From positions 76 through 64,075 of the forward strand of contig JAZNCU010000047.1 of the NCBI GenBank assembly GCA_045587745.1: a stretch of 64,000 nucleotides of DNA. Reading direction: 5' to 3'. Source of the DNA: Eubacteriales bacterium (GTDB taxonomy: Bacteria > Bacillota > Clostridia > Oscillospirales > CAG-382). A program made the position numbers and the translations under genes. The first letter of the stretch is position 1; each line of letters opens with the position of its first letter. The notes below the pieces were generated by a model that was given only the letters and a program-made list of their open reading frames with translations, ran no database searches and had not been told where the DNA came from. Shown piece after piece: positions 61,713 through 64,000 of the stretch.

Positions 61713-63359
61713 ATGCTTGAGAAGTTTTTACCGAGGGTCGACTTCGATTCCTACGAGGATTTTAAGGCAAACTACCGTGTGACCGTGCCGGAGGGCTTTA
61801 ACTTTGCGTATGATATCGTTGACGGATGGGCGGAGCTCGATCCCAAAAAGAATGCGCTTTTATACTGTACGGACGAGGGTGAGCGTAAAATGTTCACCTT
61901 TGATGATCTGCGCCGTCTTTCAAACAGGGTTGCAAATTATTTTACCTCGAAGGGCATAAAAAAAGGTGACAGAGTACTTTTGATGCTCAAGCAAAGACCC
62001 GAGGCGTGGATATCCATACTTGCTCTCTGTAAGTTGGGCGCTGTCTGTATTCCCGCTACATATCAGCTCACCAAAAAGGATATCGTATACCGTTGCAATG
62101 CCGCAAAAGTGCGTATGATTGTTACGGTTGCCGACGGTGAGCTGCTTACTTCGGTTAGCAACGCCGTTACGGAATGCGATAACGAGGTTATCGTTTCGGT
62201 GGTGGATGACAACGTTCCCGAAGGATATGAGGATTTCCGTGCATCGGCGTATTCCCATTCCGATGAATTTGTACGTATTCCCAACGAGAATACCGACCCG
62301 ATGCTTATGTATTTTTCGTCGGGCACTACCGGTATGCCCAAAATGATTCTTCATAACTTTGCTTATCCCGTCGGACACATATTGACAGCAAAATATTGGC
62401 AGCACGCCGAGAACGGCAAGCTCCATCTTACTATGTCCGATTCCGGCTGGGCAAAATTTGCTTGGGGTAAGATCTACGGACAGTGGATCTGCGGCGCTGT
62501 TATTGTTGCCTATGACAACGAGAAATTTAACGCAAAAAACACCCTTGAGCTTATTGAGGAGATTGGGCTGACTACCTTCTGCGCACCTCCTACAATATTC
62601 CGTTTTCTCATAAAAGAGGACATTTCCAAATATAATTTCTCCTCGATCAAGCATTGCTGTATTGCAGGCGAGCCTCTTAACCCGGAGGTATTTTATAAAT
62701 TCAAAGAGTTGACCGGACTTACTCTTACCGAGGGATTCGGTCAGACCGAAACACCTGTTATTATTGCTAATTATGACGGAATTGAGATCAAACCCGGCTC
62801 TACAGGTAAACCTTCTCCCGATTTTGATATAGATATTGTGGATGCGGAGGGAAATTCCTGCGAGGACGGTATAGTCGGCTCAATCGTGGTCAAAAATCTC
62901 TCAAAGCATTATCCCGCAGGTCTGTTTTGCGGATATCAGCAGGATGAGGCGGCAAATGCAAGGGCATTCGTCAATGATTCATACAACACAGGCGATATGG
63001 CTTGGCGTGATGCCGACGGCTATTTCTGGTTCGTAGGCAGAAACGATGACGTTATCAAGTGCAGCGGCTACCGTATAGGGCCGTTTGAGGTTGAAAGTGC
63101 ATTGATGACACATCCGAGCGTGCTTGAGTGCGCCGTTACAGCCGCACCCGATCCGGTCAGAGGTCAGGTTGTTAAAGCCACCATCGTGCTGGCGAAGGGC
63201 TATACTGCCTCGGATGAGCTTAAAAAAGAGATACAAAATCACGTAAAAAAGGTTACTGCACCTTACAAATACCCCCGTATCGTTGAGTTCGTTGACGAGC
63301 TTCCCAAAACCGTAAGCGGAAAGATAAAACGAGCCGACATCCGAAAGAGTGATAGCTGA
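61713..63359 (+). CDS. AMP-forming acyl-CoA synthetase (medium-chain/ACSM-like)
   Basis: AMP-binding motifs YFSSGTTGMPK, GFGQTE, YNTGD and GRNDDVIKCSGYRIGP, plus C-terminal SGKIKR. Confidence 0.85.
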   Translation: MLEKFLPRVDFDSYEDFKANYRVTVPEGFNFAYDIVDGWAELDPKKNALLYCTDEGERKMFTFDDLRRLSNRVANYFTSKGIKKGDRVLLMLKQRPEAWISILALCKLGAVCIPATYQLTKKDIVYRCNAAKVRMIVTVADGELLTSVSNAVTECDNEVIVSVVDDNVPEGYEDFRASAYSHSDEFVRIPNENTDPMLMYFSSGTTGMPKMILHNFAYPVGHILTAKYWQHAENGKLHLTMSDSGWAKFAWGKIYGQWICGAVIVAYDNEKFNAKNTLELIEEIGLTTFCAPPTIFRFLIKEDISKYNFSSIKHCCIAGEPLNPEVFYKFKELTGLTLTEGFGQTETPVIIANYDGIEIKPGSTGKPSPDFDIDIVDAEGNSCEDGIVGSIVVKNLSKHYPAGLFCGYQQDEAANARAFVNDSYNTGDMAWRDADGYFWFVGRNDDVIKCSGYRIGPFEVESALMTHPSVLECAVTAAPDPVRGQVVKATIVLAKGYTASDELKKEIQNHVKKVTAPYKYPRIVEFVDELPKTVSGKIKRADIRKSDS

Positions 63360-63772
63360 TGGATGCATACTACACCGCAAAGGCCAATATCATTAAAGCG
63401 CTCGAATGCTTTATGCTTCCGATAGTGTTTCAATTGCTGTCGGGACTGTTCGATTTCGAAAACATATATGTTTCGTTGCTTGCTTCTCTTGTGCCTATCG
63501 GCTGTCTTTATACCATACCGTTCCGTTTTTCGCTTCGTGCAGTCAGGACTACCAGGGTAGAGAGAATAGGAAAGTATATCGCACTTGATGCGCTTTACTG
63601 CCTTGTTCCCGTTGTGATGTCGTTGATTTTAACCGAGACGGTCACCGTTGCGTATCTTGATGATGCTGCGGGCGCAGGTATTTATACCATTACCGTAAGT
63701 ATAGTCTGTGTAATAATTTCTGCTGTTTTTTGGCTTATGTACTATATTTATTCACGCCAAAAACGCAAATAA
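63359..63772 (+). CDS. Hypothetical small membrane protein
   Basis: 137 aa with about four hydrophobic helices. ATGA-type overlap with the upstream stop. No family recognised. Confidence 0.5.
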   Translation: MDAYYTAKANIIKALECFMLPIVFQLLSGLFDFENIYVSLLASLVPIGCLYTIPFRFSLRAVRTTRVERIGKYIALDALYCLVPVVMSLILTETVTVAYLDDAAGAGIYTITVSIVCVIISAVFWLMYYIYSRQKRK

Positions 63773-63774
63773 AA

Positions 63775-63850
63775 CCGCCCTTAGCTCAGCGGATAGAGCA
63801 ACGGATTCCGATTCCGTAGGCCGGGGGTTCAAATCCCTTAGGGCGGGCCA
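63775..63850 (+). tRNA. tRNA-Arg (anticodon CCG), CCA encoded
   Basis: Folded by hand: acceptor CCGCCCT/AGGGCGG (C1:G72), D arm GCTC-AGCGGATA-GAGC, anticodon arm ACGGA-TTCCGAT-TCCGT, T arm GGGGG-TTCAAAT-CCCTT (two G.U pairs), then G-CCA. Confidence 0.88.
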
Positions 63851-63852
63851 AG

Positions 63853-63882
63853 AAAAAAGCAGGTCAATCGACCTGCTTTTTT
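63853..63882. terminator. Terminator after tRNA-Arg (symmetric A/T flanks)
   Basis: AAAAAA-GCAGGTC-aatc-GACCTGC-TTTTTT. Confidence 0.75.
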
Positions 63883-63886
63883 CTAT

Positions 63887-63997
63887 CCAAGCCGCAGGCT
63901 TGGTATATCATTGACGCACGAAGTGCGGCGCATATCATCAAGGGCGGCTTGTCCGCCCTTGTATCTCATCACGCGCCAGCGTGTATCCACTGCGGAT
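63887..63997. repeat. Array of at least five short GC-rich hairpins separated by TATATCAT-like spacers (runs into the window edge)
   Basis: Hairpins: CCAAGCC-gca-GGCTTGG 63887-63903; CGCAC-gaa-GTGCG 63915-63927; AAGGGCGG-cttgt-CCGCCCTT 63940-63960; CACGC-gcca-GCGTG 63970-63983; ATCC-actgc-GGAT 63985-63997. Spacers: tatatcatt, catatcatc, gtatctcatc. Confidence 0.5.
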
Positions 63998-64000
63998 TAA

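Noticed and set aside
1-64000. Mobile elements, prophage, CRISPR-Cas, restriction-modification, toxin-antitoxin or other defence systems.
   Set aside because: No transposase, integrase, recombinase, cas, methyltransferase/endonuclease pair or small paired ORFs were recognised in any frame. The only compositional anomaly is the ~1-kb AT-rich islet at 45.0-46.0 kb, which lacks mobility genes.

Overview
The window looks like a chromosomal segment from a spore-forming Clostridia-class Firmicute. The evidence is spoVAC-spoVAD-spoVAEb, sigG, pyruvate:ferredoxin oxidoreductase and a GTP-type PEP carboxykinase. Most of it is housekeeping: mfd (3' part), tyrS, comM/yifB, nifJ, potABCD, rsmA, pck, rpsF-ssb-rpsR, prs, recA-recX-rimO-pgsA-cysS-mrnC-lexA, tRNA-Lys(UUU) and tRNA-Arg(CCG). 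I found no transposase, integrase, cas gene, CRISPR array or recognisable defence or toxin gene.

The least explained block is a 12.6-kb, seven-gene operon at 13.1-25.7 kb. It encodes a roughly 1150-aa solute-binding protein with duplicated N-terminal modules, two MalF/MalG-type permease pairs, an NHL-TPR-Yip1 membrane protein and a 981-aa secreted protein. It has no ATPase, no regulator and no enzyme family I can name. A 575-bp ORF-free AT-rich leader precedes it.

Other signals seen directly in the DNA:
- A cluster of four DnaA-box-like 9-mers, two of them perfect, at 5978-6080.
- A run of seven consecutive Tyr codons in the gene that abuts a tyrS with no T-box.
- Two arrays of short GC-rich hairpins separated by ATATC-like spacers, at 29.67-29.78 kb and 63.89-64.0 kb.
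- A recA SOS box, while lexA has none and overlaps mrnC.
- A low-GC islet carrying a CPT-like kinase gene.
- An intragenic tandem duplication of a cyclophilin domain.

Several ORF-track starts were moved to downstream ATG or TTG codons that have Shine-Dalgarno sequences. All family assignments come from motif reading and memory; no searches were run.
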